Shown: positions 25,554-38,600 of the stretch, piece by piece | Position numbering within the stretch: the first letter of the stretch is position 1 | Layout: every line of letters begins with the position of its first letter | From: Raja brachyura | Taxonomy: Eukaryota | Length of the DNA stretch: 64,000 bases | NCBI GenBank assembly: GCA_963514005.1 | Contig: OY740812.1 | Location: forward strand, 9,858,001 to 9,922,000 | Direction: 5' to 3' | Made by a program: the position numbers and the translations under genes | The notes under the pieces: model-generated | Database searches by the model: none | The model's input: the letters and a program-made list of their open reading frames with translations, nothing else | Told to the model about the DNA's origin: nothing

Positions 25554-26357
25554 CTAAAATTAAGACAGAAAGTTCACTACTCCCATTCAAGGAAATGAAA
25601 ATAAAAGCTTTAAAATAATTAATGAAACATTGCCATTGCAGCAGGTTTTACTCATCAAAACACTTTGGGTTATTGTGTGCCCGCTCAAGTATTGGTCTTT
25701 AACAGCCAATCAAAGTTTGAACACTGAGCTTGAAGCAAGTACAGTTGAAGCAATATACAACGTGTCTTAGACTGGAAAAGGTAAGTGAACACTCTTGACA
25801 AAACTTTGCCGGAACTGATGAATGTTACATCTCACATGAAAACACATATTTTTATTAGCTGTTGATTGACTTAATCAGCCAAGTGGCATCTTCACACCCA
25901 CCCACCAATCCAGAGCTTGATTGCAAAGTCCCTGTATCCATTTACCTTTTTGCTGATCCAACTTTACATCCCAATGAAATCTATAGGAATGTTCCCACCA
26001 GTTTGCACCCACTACTGAAAATATGTAATACCCTTCCAAAAGCCCCCCCGACCGTTGTGCCTCAGGGATTAATGAAGTTCAGGGCAAGAATTGGGGATGG
26101 GCTGCTTTAACCATTAAGCACTTACATTTGGCTGCACTATAAGTTCTAGGCTTAAGTTTTTTCAAGTAAACACTTTTAAATGATAGTCATAATATCAAAA
26201 TTATACCAATTAATAATTTATTACTCAACACATTCCTAAAACACATTCCCTAAACCACTCAGATTAAAATATCAGTACAGACTTTTTGAAACAATAATGA
26301 TTTTGCTAAAATTGAACATCGAATGTTTCACAAAAGATGAAATAACAAGCATCTCAC

Positions 26358-26487
26358 CTTGAATCAGTTGCATAAACAGAGTGATCATTTCCCCCTCGCG
26401 CACTCCACCATATAATGGAACAACTCGCGGGGAGTTCAACTTGCTCCAATTCAACAACTCCTGTGGCTGGAATTTGCTCACATGAAT
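26358..26487 (-). CDS. MAP3K14: MAP3K14 exon 7 (alphaC helix, gatekeeper, hinge)
   Basis: IHVSKFQPQELLNWSKLNSPRVVPLYGGVREGEMITLFMQLIQG versus NIK ...[26 protein letters not shown]; canonical splice sites. Confidence 0.95.
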
Positions 26488-27331
26488 CTAGGAAAGGAGA
26501 TGCATCTTAATAGGTTTCTGGACTAAAAACACAATTCTTCCTGTGTACGATAAGTTTAAACCACAGGATGAATTACTATGCATTACTGGATTGTACACAA
26601 TTGTTTTTTTCAACAACATGATGCAAAATTGATTTTCCCTGAAAGACACCATCTCCAAAGAAATAGCGATCTTCACGAAATTTGACTGGCACTTCAAATA
26701 TTCATGGCTGCTCGCCTGACTTATTAATGTTGAAAGCAATGCAATTAACAAGATTAGCATCATGTTTTACACCACTTGACAACTGATATTGGACTCTTAT
26801 GGTTGAGTAACTATCTCATAATAATCACACAACTAATAACTTAGTGAGATCAACAGTGAAACAAGAATTAAAGCATATTTATTCTGATATCAATGATCTT
26901 CCTCATTTTAGAATGCTCACAATTTTTGCAAACTCATTATTATTTGGGCCATTAATGACGACATTGAATATTGTTAAGAGTTTCATTACTGGTTTTAAGA
27001 TTTAAACAAGCAGTCTAAAATAGCATAAGATCGTGCATCGTCCCACAGGTAAATGCTCAGCTCACTTTATAGCAATGTTTCCATGGGTTTAGATGACCAA
27101 TTCAATATTTGCAGGGGATTCAGCTAGGTGTTAAACATGTTAAACATACATTTAATGTACAAAGAAAAGGCAAGTTCAATTTCTAAACAACTGAACTATA
27201 ATCAAAGCTGGAGAATAGTTATAACTCCATGTGAAATTTCAGCCAAGGAGACGAGCACAGAAAACTTGTCTCAAAGGGTCAGTTGCCACCAACATACTTT
27301 GCTGAATATACTTCCAGTTGGAAAAACCTAC

Positions 27332-27469
27332 CCTTTTAGCAGCGCAGGTGAAATCAGTGGAGTGATCTTTTGCCACATACACCTCTCCAAAGGTTCCAAC
27401 TCCCAACGGTTTGGAGCAGATTGACCACTGCAAGTTTTCTTGATAATGATTATCCACAGGTTTCAGTTT
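27332..27469 (-). CDS. MAP3K14: MAP3K14 exon 6 (Gly-rich loop, catalytic Lys)
   Basis: KLKPVDNHYQENLQW...LGVGTFGEVYVAKD...CAAKR; CTAG| acceptor, |GTAGGT donor. Confidence 0.95.
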
Positions 27470-27879
27470 CTAGATGGAGAAAGAATAGTCTAATTCAGTA
27501 ATGTCCAACTTAGAAAACAATTGTCAGAAATCCATCCTTGGTTTGTATTGTTAAACACACCAAATATTTCACCTACTGAGATTTGGTTCGATTGGAGTCC
27601 ATGAAACTGAATATCAGAGGTGGGATGCTAAAGGCAGCTGCTTCTATTTAATTGATTACTAACTGGCGATGAATTTGTCGACAAATATCAACATTTGAAT
27701 GATTAATTGGTTAGATTGCCAGCAACATTTACTGGCAATCACAAAGTTGCTGCTCAAAACTTCCATGTTTCTACAACTTACTTTCGTCTCAGAGAGACGA
27801 GTTTACCTGCTTGACCAAGTCGGTCAGCTTTTGCGTGAATCAGAAATTTATGTGCTGAAGTCCCACTCCCAGCGTCACG

Positions 27880-28120
27880 TGCATCAGTAGTCTGACATTT
27901 TAGTGCAGCACTGAGGAAATACTGCATTGTCAAAAGTATTAACTTCATTATGGGATTTCCGAGGGGGTAGTTATGCTGGTATAAAATATCCCAAAGAGCC
28001 TTCCTGAAGATGAGAAAGGTGGTCATCCTGGCCAGGTTTCATTCCTACATTAGTGGTACCAAGTCAATGGTTTGATGCGAGACCTCTTTGTGCAAATTGT
28101 CTACTGTGTTTGTCTGCAAG
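27880..28120 (+). mobile_element. Ancient DeuSINE (SacSINE1/AmnSINE-like) relic
   Basis: AGTGCAGCACTGAGG..ATACTGCATTGTC...AAAATATCCCA...TCCTGGCCA...TGTGCAAATTG resembles the recalled Deu-domain consensus. Other relics at ~29110-29220, ~40030-40380 and ~41335-41465. Confidence 0.55.
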
Positions 28121-28410
28121 AAAATAAATAAAATAAAAATGTAGAAAACAAGTTGTGTAGAGCATAATAGGGACAACCAAATATATGTATCTTTCTTTTT
28201 TATTATATCCAGGATATGAAATTTAATTTAGAACTCCAGAGAACGTGCAAAGCTTTCTGCTGATGCCAAAGCTATAATTCAATAACCAATTGTTAGAAGG
28301 CAAAGAGGGGCTGAGGTTAGCAAATTCACTGACTGCTCTCTTAAACAATTCGTACATACTGGAGTGAGAAACTATATAATTCAACACTTTGCAAGTAGTG
28401 CACCATGTAC

Positions 28411-29040
28411 CTCATGTTGAAGAACGCCTTCATTGGTTTCTGGAGGCTTTTCACTTTGTTGCCACCCTTGTGCGTATTTTTCCCATTGTCTTGCTGGCAT
28501 TGTCAAGCACCTCAAGTTATCAGAGATGACACACCCCTTGCTTGCACTGCACTGGAAGACAGAAAACTGTGGAGGAGAGGTCTCTTCTGCACTTATTGAA
28601 TCAGGAATACGTATTCCAGTGTCTCCTCCCACATCGTTGATATAGAGCATGGCTGCATTATTATTGAAGGAAAGTTCTTGCTTTTCCTGTCCCCCATCCA
28701 CGTCAATGTGGTTCAATTTAGGCATCCGCGTAATGTCCAAATTTAATTTCCGCTCAAAATTCTGTCTCACGTTATGCGAGAGACTGCCATTTTTCATGAT
28801 TGAGGAGGGAATGGGTCGAACGTTAGACTTCTTAACTCTGTTACTGAGGTGCTCGATATCCAAGTATATATTTTCAATTTTTTCGTCTTCCCGGATTGGG
28901 TTCTGCAGACGCAGTCCACACAATCCATGAGAATCTCTATGAGCAGCGCTAATGTGAATCGGTTCATGCTCACAACAGCCACTGCTGCTGCTCGAGGTAC
29001 TGCTGCAAAAATCGGAGGTGCTGTTTTCAGCATCATTTTC
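28411..29040 (-). CDS. MAP3K14: MAP3K14 exon 5 (630 bp)
   Basis: TTGTAG|GAA acceptor, GAG|GTACAT donor. Open for 210 codons, ending NEGVLQHE (NIK NEGVLLTE). Confidence 0.88.
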
Positions 29041-30174
29041 CTACAAGCAAAACCAATAAAATTAATTAACATTCAAATCTATTATTAAAAAAAGAGTAGC
29101 ATGGCAGGCTTCAGACCACAGTTTACATTGTAACAGAGACTACATTTTAAAATAGTTCATTGGCTATAAAGTAAAGTTTGGAAAAACATGATAAAAATGT
29201 CTGTTTCATGAAAAAGGTTAGATTATGGCTGCAGCCTTTCAATGGGTAAAGCAATGCAGGGGGAATTCTTATTTTTAACTACATTGATAATGAGATGCTG
29301 TGATTTTAAAGATCGAGGGTTATCTTGCACTCTTCAGGAATTAAATGTTAAATGGGTTTATTTTGAACGCGATTTTTTTCCCCCCCCAATATCAACCAAA
29401 GATCAAGAATTAATGCAAAAGATGGAACAGGGGGAAGGTCTGCATCTCTCTCTCTCTCAAGGATTATCCAATGAGGTGATAAAATCAGTGCACTCTTGTT
29501 CTGCAAAGTCAGGATAGACCCATTGGTCAACCAAATTGGCAGCATAGACAAGAATATGTCGTAGGCTCGGGGATTGTTAGATAAGATCACTGGTAAAATA
29601 TCCAATCAGAGTCAGTAATCCCAAAGGCCAATACTTAATACAGTCATAGAGTGATACAGTGTAGAAACATGCCCTTCGGCCCAACTTGCCCACACCAGCC
29701 AACATGTCCCAGCTACACTAATCCTGCTAGCTACAAAACTAATGTTTTGAGTATACATATCAAACTGATCACTGCCAGTGTTATTATTAGAGTTTCCACT
29801 TCTCAATATTTGCACAGGTAAATTGTGGAAAAGACCTATGCCCCCCCCCCCTCCCCGAGTTAACTCATGGAAGACAGCTGCAATTTGTCTACTATAGTCA
29901 GTCATCCACCCATATTCAAAAAAGATCAGCCAAGCTTTGTAAAAGAGTGATTACGGAAAATTAGTTCTGAAAATTAAGGCATATGCCAATAAGAATTGAA
30001 CAATTAAATTCATTATTTGTTTCTAAACCACTCCATTGTTGATTAAATAAATTATGACAAATTAATTTTTGAAATCGGTAATCAAAGTGAAAAATAAGAA
30101 TGGCAGGAAATTAGGAGTCTGCATAAAATGACAGAATCTGATCTGTTTAAGATTAGAGGAAACTTGCTACCTAC

Positions 30175-30385
30175 TTGAACTGGTATTGGAGGACAGCTTT
30201 CTTGCTCGGGGGTCTTTGATTGCTTTTGTGAAATTTTGACCTTATGCTTGGATTTTCTCCTCCTACGTTTTTTCCTGGGATATTTGTTGAGCTCCGGGCT
30301 TTGTTGTGGCTGAGGAAGCTTCCCTTCAGCCACTTTTGCCACATTGTTTGGAACATTTTCCAAGTTCAATCGTTCTGCACAATTA
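30175..30385 (-). CDS. MAP3K14: MAP3K14 exon 4 (basic region / NLS)
   Basis: TTCCAG|T acceptor, CAA|GTAGGT donor. LENVPNNVAKVAEGK...RKKRRRRKSK...KTPEQESCPPIPVQ matches NIK IPNNVAHATEGK...RKKRKKK...RTPEQESCTIPVQ. Confidence 0.93.
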
Positions 30386-31197
30386 CTGGAAAAGAAAACA
30401 GAAAACTATCTGGTTAAAGACAAAATTATCACCATTACTGTGGATTTCTAACAGAATTCACATTTAATCTACTCCATAATATAATGATGGTCCTTCACAC
30501 CCAAATCTGCAACATTCCCGATAGAATGGTGCTTATATGTTTATACAGACTCTAATCTTTTTTCTTAATACATCAACCTGTTGGTTTAACAGTTTATAAA
30601 ATCTAGAAATTACAAATATAATGGATACTCCAATTAAGGTATTTAAACATAAAATGATCCAATGTTAGTAAGAAAAAAGGCAGCTCGCCTGAGGAATCAG
30701 GACTGAGACAGCAAAATGTTTTAACTAGAATGGTGAAAATGGAGTGAAATCATAAACAGAGTTTCACATGGCAGGTGCTGCAGCTTAGAAACTCCCTCCT
30801 AAGTATTTAAATGATAAGGATTGATGGTTTTTAATGAGGCGATCACTTGAAGAGATGCAAACCTAGGATGAGTGAATGGATGGGAGCCATGATCTGAATG
30901 AATGACAGAATAGATTTGAGGAGCAGGAAAGACCACGTCTGTTCATATGTTCTCTCCAAGCTTCTGCTGCAAGACACTTTCATCAGCCTGGTCCTCTGCA
31001 ATCTAATTCAAGGTAGATCTCATAACTTCTATTCATTTTATTCTCTTTCGCTATCATCAGGTTAATTCCTCAGCAATTGTAGATTTATGAGCTACTGTTT
31101 CATTGCACGTGTACTTCCACCAGCTCTCCTCCTCCTTCATGTCAATCATCAATAAAACTGTTCCGAGGTTAGCACAAAACTGCTGAAAGTTTCTTAC

Positions 31198-31267
31198 CTG
31201 TAACTGTTAGGTGTGGCTATGAACTGTGGCTTCTCACAACTGGGTATGAGCTTCTGGTTTCCTACAC
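31198..31267 (-). CDS. MAP3K14: MAP3K14 exon 3 (70 bp)
   Basis: TTCTAG|GT acceptor, AG|GTAAGA donor. GVGNQKLIPSCEKPQFIATPNSY aligns with NIK CENSQEFSPTFSERIFIAGSKQY; phase fits neighbours. Not in the ORF track. Confidence 0.85.
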
Positions 31268-31609
31268 CTAGAACGATAAAGAGTCTATTAAGTATTGCAA
31301 AAGGCAGCCTACAAGTGCTTTACGAGGATAGATGAATGAAGCTGTGAAACTAAGTCTCATTAACCATTTCTGCAGGTTTCAACATAATTTTATTTTGCAT
31401 AAAAAGAGTCGTTTTTACTGAGCCAAAAGCAATCTTCGGGACAGTAAGTTCTCATGGATCAAATACCTTGTGGTCAAGGGATCTAGTGGTGTTTAATTCT
31501 CACTGACCCATACAACTGCAGGGCTAATGTTTTCAGTTGCCCAGACATTTTTTTCATGATCCAGGGAAAGTTTCCTTCCGATTAACATCATTTGTTAGAA
31601 TACCGAACA

Positions 31610-31970
31610 GTACAGCGCAGGAACAGGCTTTTCAGCCCTCTGTGCCGAGATGATACCATATTAAACTCTTCTGCCTGAACATGATCCGTATCTCTATTCC
31701 CTGCACTTCTATGTGTCCATCTAAAAGACTCTTAAATGTCACTATTGTATCCATTTCCACCACCACCTCTGGCAGCGCTTTCCAGGCACCCATAACTGTG
31801 TAAAATGGAAATTGCCTCCAAAGCTTTGCCACTCTCAACTTAAAGCTATGCCCTCTAGTATTTAACATCTTCACCCAGGAAAAAAAAGTTTCTGACTATC
31901 TACCCCATCTATATTTCTTCTAATGTTATACAGTTCTATCAGGTCTTTCCTCAACCTCCGATGCTCTAGA
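31610..31970 (-). mobile_element. CR1 3' fragment
   Basis: TRGHSFKLR...WKALPEVVVE...FKSLLD plus CR1 tail. Confidence 0.75.
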
Positions 31971-32350
31971 AAAAATAAAATTGAAAACTATATTTTCAGA
32001 ACTTACTTTAAATAGGCATTCAGCCGATTCAAAAACACAAAATGGGAATGAATCTAAATGCTTCCTCAGCAGAAACTATCTCTACCAAAAGGGGGAAGTT
32101 GTGGGCGATGTCTTTTAATGCCAACAACCCACTCCTATTGACACAATGCTAATGGTGGGGATAGCGTAGTTTCCATTTCTGTTTCTATGAGGCTGCTGAA
32201 TAGTGAACAATAGTTAACCTGTTAGCAACAAAAAAAAATATTTTGAGAAGAAAGGCACACCAGTTGCCATTTTGTAAAAACGGTTGAAGGGGTCGTCAGT
32301 CAATGATCTATATAATTTAATGCCACACGTGAACAGATCCTTCTGCTTAC

Positions 32351-32567
32351 CTGTTGCCTGAGCAATGTAAGAAAATCTACGCCCATTGTTATCCATTTCC
32401 TGTTTTGCTGTTCCCTCAGTTAGAACCTTTACTGGGAGAGACATCTTCATACAGCGTTTATTTTCACTGATTGCAAACCACTTGCTCTCCATTTGACTGA
32501 TCGGGAGTTCTTGCTGGTTCCTGATATCCGATTCAGCTGGGTGTCGTGACGAACATTTGACTGCCAT
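32351..32567 (-). CDS. MAP3K14: MAP3K14/NIK first coding exon (exon 2): start codon, IAP-binding N-terminus, TRAF3-binding motif
   Basis: ATG at 32567 in good Kozak context (AAA ATG G). Translates MAVKCSS...VLTEGTAKQE...FSYIAQAT, matching NIK MAVM... and VITKGTAKEG...ISIIAQA. Donor G|GTAAG at 32351/32350. Candidate acceptors start the exon at 32605 or 32581. Confidence 0.9.
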
Positions 32568-35391
32568 TTTCTTTAACACACCTAGAACGCAGGCAATAAA
32601 TGCACCTGCAAAAGGAAAAATAGTTCAAGCAAGATATTGCCATGCCTTGGCTCAGAGACAAACTATGTTGACCGGCCAATTATGGTCTGCAAACACATGG
32701 GAGTAGAAATCATTCATTCATTCCACATTTTGCAGCAGCTGTGTATTTCAATTTCAATGAGTGAAAATAAATATCAGATGTGGTGTGCATCACACAGCCA
32801 CCACACGGTTAGCATAAACAAAATAGACCAACATTGTAGCTCATTGATCATTCAGACGTGTGCTAGCACTTTAAAACAATATCCAATCATTTACACATCC
32901 CTGCACTTCCTCGTAGGTGCACATTTTTTTTCCCCCAATGTTTCTGGTCAAGAACTTTTAGTGCATTTACATAAGCTTCCCCAACATCTCAATTCACTCA
33001 ATTGATGCAAACCAGGGGTTAGAAAGATTGGGTAGAATGTGTTTGCTATTCTCAGGCAGATTCAACATTATAGATAAGAAAATATTTTAGCTACCATTTC
33101 TTTCCGCAATTGCTATGCTCTGCATCTTGTTGCACCTACTTAGCGAAAACGAGTCAAGTTTGGCAATTGCAGTCAGCTCCATGGAACTGCCAAATAGCCA
33201 GTGACACTCACTGTTCGCAGCTCACACAAGTAATGGTCATATATTGTCCAAATAATGATCATTTGGTGCAGGGTCAAATCCAGCCATCAATTGTGGAATG
33301 ACCATATTTCACCAAGACATAGGTTTCTTCAGGAAATGAGGGTACAGAGAAAATTGGAATGTCTAAATTAACAGAGTTCTTATAGCACTGAAACAGATGG
33401 CACAACTGAGCAGGTCATTAAATATAGAACACCATGCAGAGAAACAGGTCTTTCGGGCCAACATATTAAGCACCATCCATGCTAATTTTGCTTTTCGCTC
33501 AAATGGCCATCCATTTGCTCCATCACCCGCATTTGCCTGTCACCCACTAACCCGATGGGCAATTTAGAGTGGCCAATTAATTTACCAACTAGCGTGTTTT
33601 TGGCATGTTAGAGGAAGCTGGAGCATCTGGGGCAAAAACACACCTGGTAACAGATAGAACATATACACTCCACATTGGTAACACCCAAAATCTGAATCAA
33701 ACACAAGTGAGCAAGCAATACGAAATTGCTGTGTCATTATGCTGCCCATCAGTGTCCATGCCAACATTTATGCTCCAAATGTACATAAGTGTGATCCATG
33801 CTTTCCATAACTAAAATTGCTAGTTTCACATCAATGTTGCAATTTAATAGACTATTTACTCCACATCAAATACTTCTGCTGAGAAAACAAATTTGTTCCT
33901 TCTCAGGGAGGCAAATCAATATTGTAAAATATGCAAAGTACATGTTGGGAATGGAATATTTTTACATCTAGTACTGGCTTCAGTCACCTTAAAGGGTGCA
34001 GCAGTGTAGGCTGATACAAACTGAACTTCAATTTACCTTAAACTAAGAATAGCATCCAATACAGCGCAGTAACAGGATCTCATTTTCCTCATATTTAGCA
34101 ACCTCTAATTTCTCTACATGACAATGCAGTGCCAGTTAATAACAAATTATTTTACTGTGTTGAGGGGCTCTGGACACTCCATGCTCATTCCATTTATAAA
34201 CTTAAGAGCGACAGGGAAGACTTTCGATGCAAGTCTGGGCTTGGCACAAAACTAGATCTTAGAAATCTCTACATTTTCAAGAAGCTTGCTTGTACACTTT
34301 GAACTTAAAACTGTTTTCACTGGATTCAATTCACGTTCTTTCATTCGGCAAACTAGAAAACATTCGGACAGCCAAAAGTGTTGGAACACTAAGCTCTGGC
34401 AGTGGTCACATTGGCATACTGACCACCAGTTCACAATGTCAATGCAGCAAACACACTACGGTGCAATTTTCGCAGAGACGAACATCCTTTTAAAATATGT
34501 AAAATTGATGGCAGGCAGTACAACTACACTATTACAGCAGCAATTCTGTAATTGTGTGCACTTCTACATCTAAATTAAGTGCCTGCTAAAATGACATGTG
34601 TCTTTTAAGTAAAGCAGACGTACATGTTTGTAAGGGTCCGCCAGTCTGCTGCAATCTCCTTTCCAACCAACATCACACTTCAATAAAAATCCTAAAAACA
34701 GGGAGTAAACTTCACAAATCCATCTGAGGCAGAATTGTCAGATTACACGCACTGTCTGATTACAATGTGAAGTCGGTGGGGGAGTACAAGCACATTGAAA
34801 CTCTGACAGATTTATTTCCAAGCAACGGCCATTCATTTTTTTAAAGAAGGAATAAGTACACAATACGCTCTTGACTTGAAAAAGAAAATGCAGTTAACCT
34901 TGGTGAATTAACAAAGATACCCTTCAGAATTATTTCCTGGTTTTGTGATTATAATATAAGCCACATGTTAAAATATACTCTCATTTTTGACAACAAAAAA
35001 AATTGTATATCTTCAATGTACATACCTAATGGTTGGAAGAGAGAGGACGAAATTACACTAGTCTCATCTCCTAACGCTGAGATACGACTTCTGCAGTTTC
35101 TAAGAAAGAACAGCCACAAAGCTGAATCTCTCTCTCTCTTTCTACTGGATCCAATAACATGGAAACTGAATGACCTCATCCTCCAAACCTTTGTCAGCCA
35201 TTGGCTGCAGTTTCTCCTGATTTACAGGAACAGAAACACATCATTCCAGGAAGCTTTAACAACTGAACACAGGCCTGCTTCGTTTGAGCATGCCCCCTAC
35301 ATACGTTTGTTTCAGAGTGACACAAATAACAGCCACCAGTGTGTTTTTAGTTTGGATTTTGTAACTTAGTTTTTAGATGACCACAAGTGTG

Positions 35392-35687
35392 GTCAGTCTC
35401 CGACTACATTCTATCTTTATCCCGCCCCTTCTCCTGAAAAACTTTAGATAGCCCTTGCTCTCTCTCCATCCCCTCCCCCTTGCCAGTTCTCCCACTAGTC
35501 TTACTGTCTCCAACTACAATCTATCTTTGTCCCGCCCCCTCCCCTGACATCAGTCTGAAGACAGATCTCGACCCGAAACGTTGCCCATTCCTTCTCTCCA
35601 GAGATGCTGCCTGACCCGCTGAGTTACTCCAGCATTTTGTGTCTACCTTCGATTTAAAACCAGCATCTGCAGTTCTTTCCTACACAT
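35392..35687 (+). mobile_element. Penelope terminal-repeat element with internal partial tandem duplication and hammerhead core
   Basis: ~42-bp unit repeated at 35396 and 35506; CTGAAGA...CCCGAAACGTT at 35555-35582; flanking AAGTGTG direct repeat. Confidence 0.75.
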
Positions 35688-38600
35688 AAGTGTGAAAGGA
35701 ATATATTTGGACCAAAAACCTCAATGTTTGATTTGTTATGGTAGCAATAATTAGAAGATTATCAGAAGAACCTTAAGCATTAATCATAACAAGTTTACAC
35801 TGGTTGCAGCTTTTAATGTGCACCACAGACTCTACGATACAATAATCTCGTTGCTAGCTACTGATGTTAAATAACTTAATCCATTTGCACTCTTTTTTTT
35901 TAAAACGTGCAAATTGCATACAAAAAGCATTCCACACCCTTTTCAAAACGTTTCCCCTTATTTCCTGTTTAGCTTCTGGCCATTTAGAAATTGGACCAGG
36001 ATCTTCCAATTAGGTGGCCATTTCTACACAAGACTTCATCAACATACACCACTCGTGTCAATTATTTAAATGGCAGAAATTAGTTCAAAATGTTATGAAT
36101 TGTAACATTTTGTAAATAACTAAATATTACAAGGATGGCATCACACTATAAATTACAGGCAGTGGATGAAATAAACTGACTGCTATGATGCAAATTTTAT
36201 CTATAAAGCTTGCAGCCATCTGATTAGGGTGCTAGCAGCTATCTGTAAAAAATCAAAAGTTCCTGAAATAAGTAAAAAATCCTTTATCCATGATCCAATG
36301 CTGATTACTGGTTCTGTGTTATGTAGAAACTTAGAGTACAATCAACTCATTCCATTTGTGCGTGGCAGGCGGGAGGCAGCAGGCTTCAGGATAGCTATAT
36401 GTCATTACTGTCCATCTACATTTCCTGTTCGCACCACATTTTTCACAATATCCCTCAGCCAGAGGTTGCTATGAGGAGATCTCTTTAGAAGCACTAACTC
36501 CCACAGGCCAAATGATGCAGTAGCTGCCCGTCTAGAAAACTATCTGAAACCTGAACTATGCGTTTTACAATAGAATTAAAGGGAAGCAAATCACAACAAT
36601 TTCTTTAAAATGTTACATATAATTTAACATTCTTTATGACAGGACAATTAAAACTGAATCCTCCAACAGTTGCATAATCTATGCTTTGCACACAATTTTT
36701 TGTTCTATGTCTGTTCTGCAAGTTGGACCCATGTTCCCCTCTGTCCATTGAATGGTGCATTGATTGCTTAAGGCTCTATTCAAGCACTGTAAAACTATTC
36801 CCATGGTCTATTGACCAACTTTCCATATTTTTCATCCTTTGGAATATTATGTACAATATCCATTCTTGCACCGAGTTTCTAACGATGATTGCATCTTTCC
36901 TACTGTTTTACTTTTCTTGTACCTACATTCCTACACCTGGCTTCACAATTTGCAACTCTTCTATCCTCATCTCACACCTTTTGTTTTTTCATCTCTAGCC
37001 TTTGTCCAACCAGCTGCCCATCACAAATGGCACAATGACACAGCAGTGGAGTAGCTGCCAGAGATTTGGGTTCAATCATAACTGGTTATTTCTTTATAAG
37101 CAGATAAATGAGACCATGAACAAGCTGCACTGTCTGATGATTTAATTTTGTCTTCTATTGAGGAAGAGTTTAAAGTAAAGACCAATATGTAACAATATTC
37201 TTCTTTCTACCAGAGAATCATTTTGACTTGTTATCTTCAGGCAATGTTTAAGTTGCCTGGTACAGCAATTCAAACATCCAGGAACAAAAGAGATTATAAA
37301 AAGTGGTGGACACACTCTCATCTAGCTCCTACCATCGGAAAGAAGGTATAAGAACCTGAGATTTCAGGTTCAGGAACAGCTTCTTCCCAACAGCGATCAG
37401 TCCATTGACAATTAAACACTCTTGAAGTATCAAAAACACCTTTAATTAACAGAAGACCAATTTGACCTTCAAAAAATATAAACATTCTCAATTGCCATTT
37501 GCAGACAACAGAAAATAGGTTTCACCAGCAAAACAATAAAAGTCAACCATTAATTCACTTAAAAAAAAAAAATTAGTCACATTTGACTAATTGTAAGTGA
37601 ATGAGTTGTGCCTTTCCCCTGCAGCAAAGTAACAGTAAAAATACAACAGCAATTAACTGTTTGCTCTAAGGATGCTTTTGTAATAACTGCTTATATTGAA
37701 TGGAAGTTAAAACATGAATGTGATATTTTAATGCAACTGATTCAGATTTTGGGGATTAACAATTGAACTGGATAACGCAACTGGTAAAGTGTCATAAAGG
37801 AACACTGATTGGCCACTGCGCGATACCTCAATTAGCTACTTCAGTCCTAGACTTATTGATTAGTACACATGCAAGAGGTTATGGGGAGAAGGCAGGAGAA
37901 TGGGGATCAGAGGGAGAGATAGATCAGCCATGATTGAATAGCGGAATAGACTTGATAGGCCGAATGACCTAATTCTACTCCTATTCCTCACAAACCTAGA
38001 CCTGCCACAACAGTTTGATTCTACTGAACTGCCATTACACATTTCCTTTTGGCAATATGAGCACACAAACGAAATACGATGTCCAGGATCAAAGGTTGAA
38101 GAGGATATTGGCCATGGAACCTCACAGCGGTAACATGCCAATTGAGACTCAGGTTGAGGAAAAGGAAAAGTGCTGCAGTGGGGAGATGCTTCATTTGAAG
38201 CTGATCAGAGTCAGGACATGAGACAGGAGAGGGTTTAAAAGAAGCCAAGCAAGGCACATGTCAGGCTCTCTGCTAGCCAGAGATTGGCTGCATGGGAGAG
38301 CTAAAAGTGGCTACATTGGTGTCTCTGTGTTTTGGGGAGACAGGGATGAAAGCGAGAGAACAAGATGGAGAAATTCAATATGTCAGTCAGCATCTGTCGA
38401 GGGAAAGGAATAGTCAGTGTTTTGCATCAAAGCCCTGCACCAGGTGGAGATGTTTGTGGGTGGTGTTTACAGGGATTAACATCAATGGGTAGGGAGAGTG
38501 GTTAATGAGCAAAAGCAAAGGGACTTACTTTAGCAAAGTTCCAGTCAGCATAGCATTAAAAATGTAAAAATCGGATTCCATGCAATGCATGCAAAATGCA

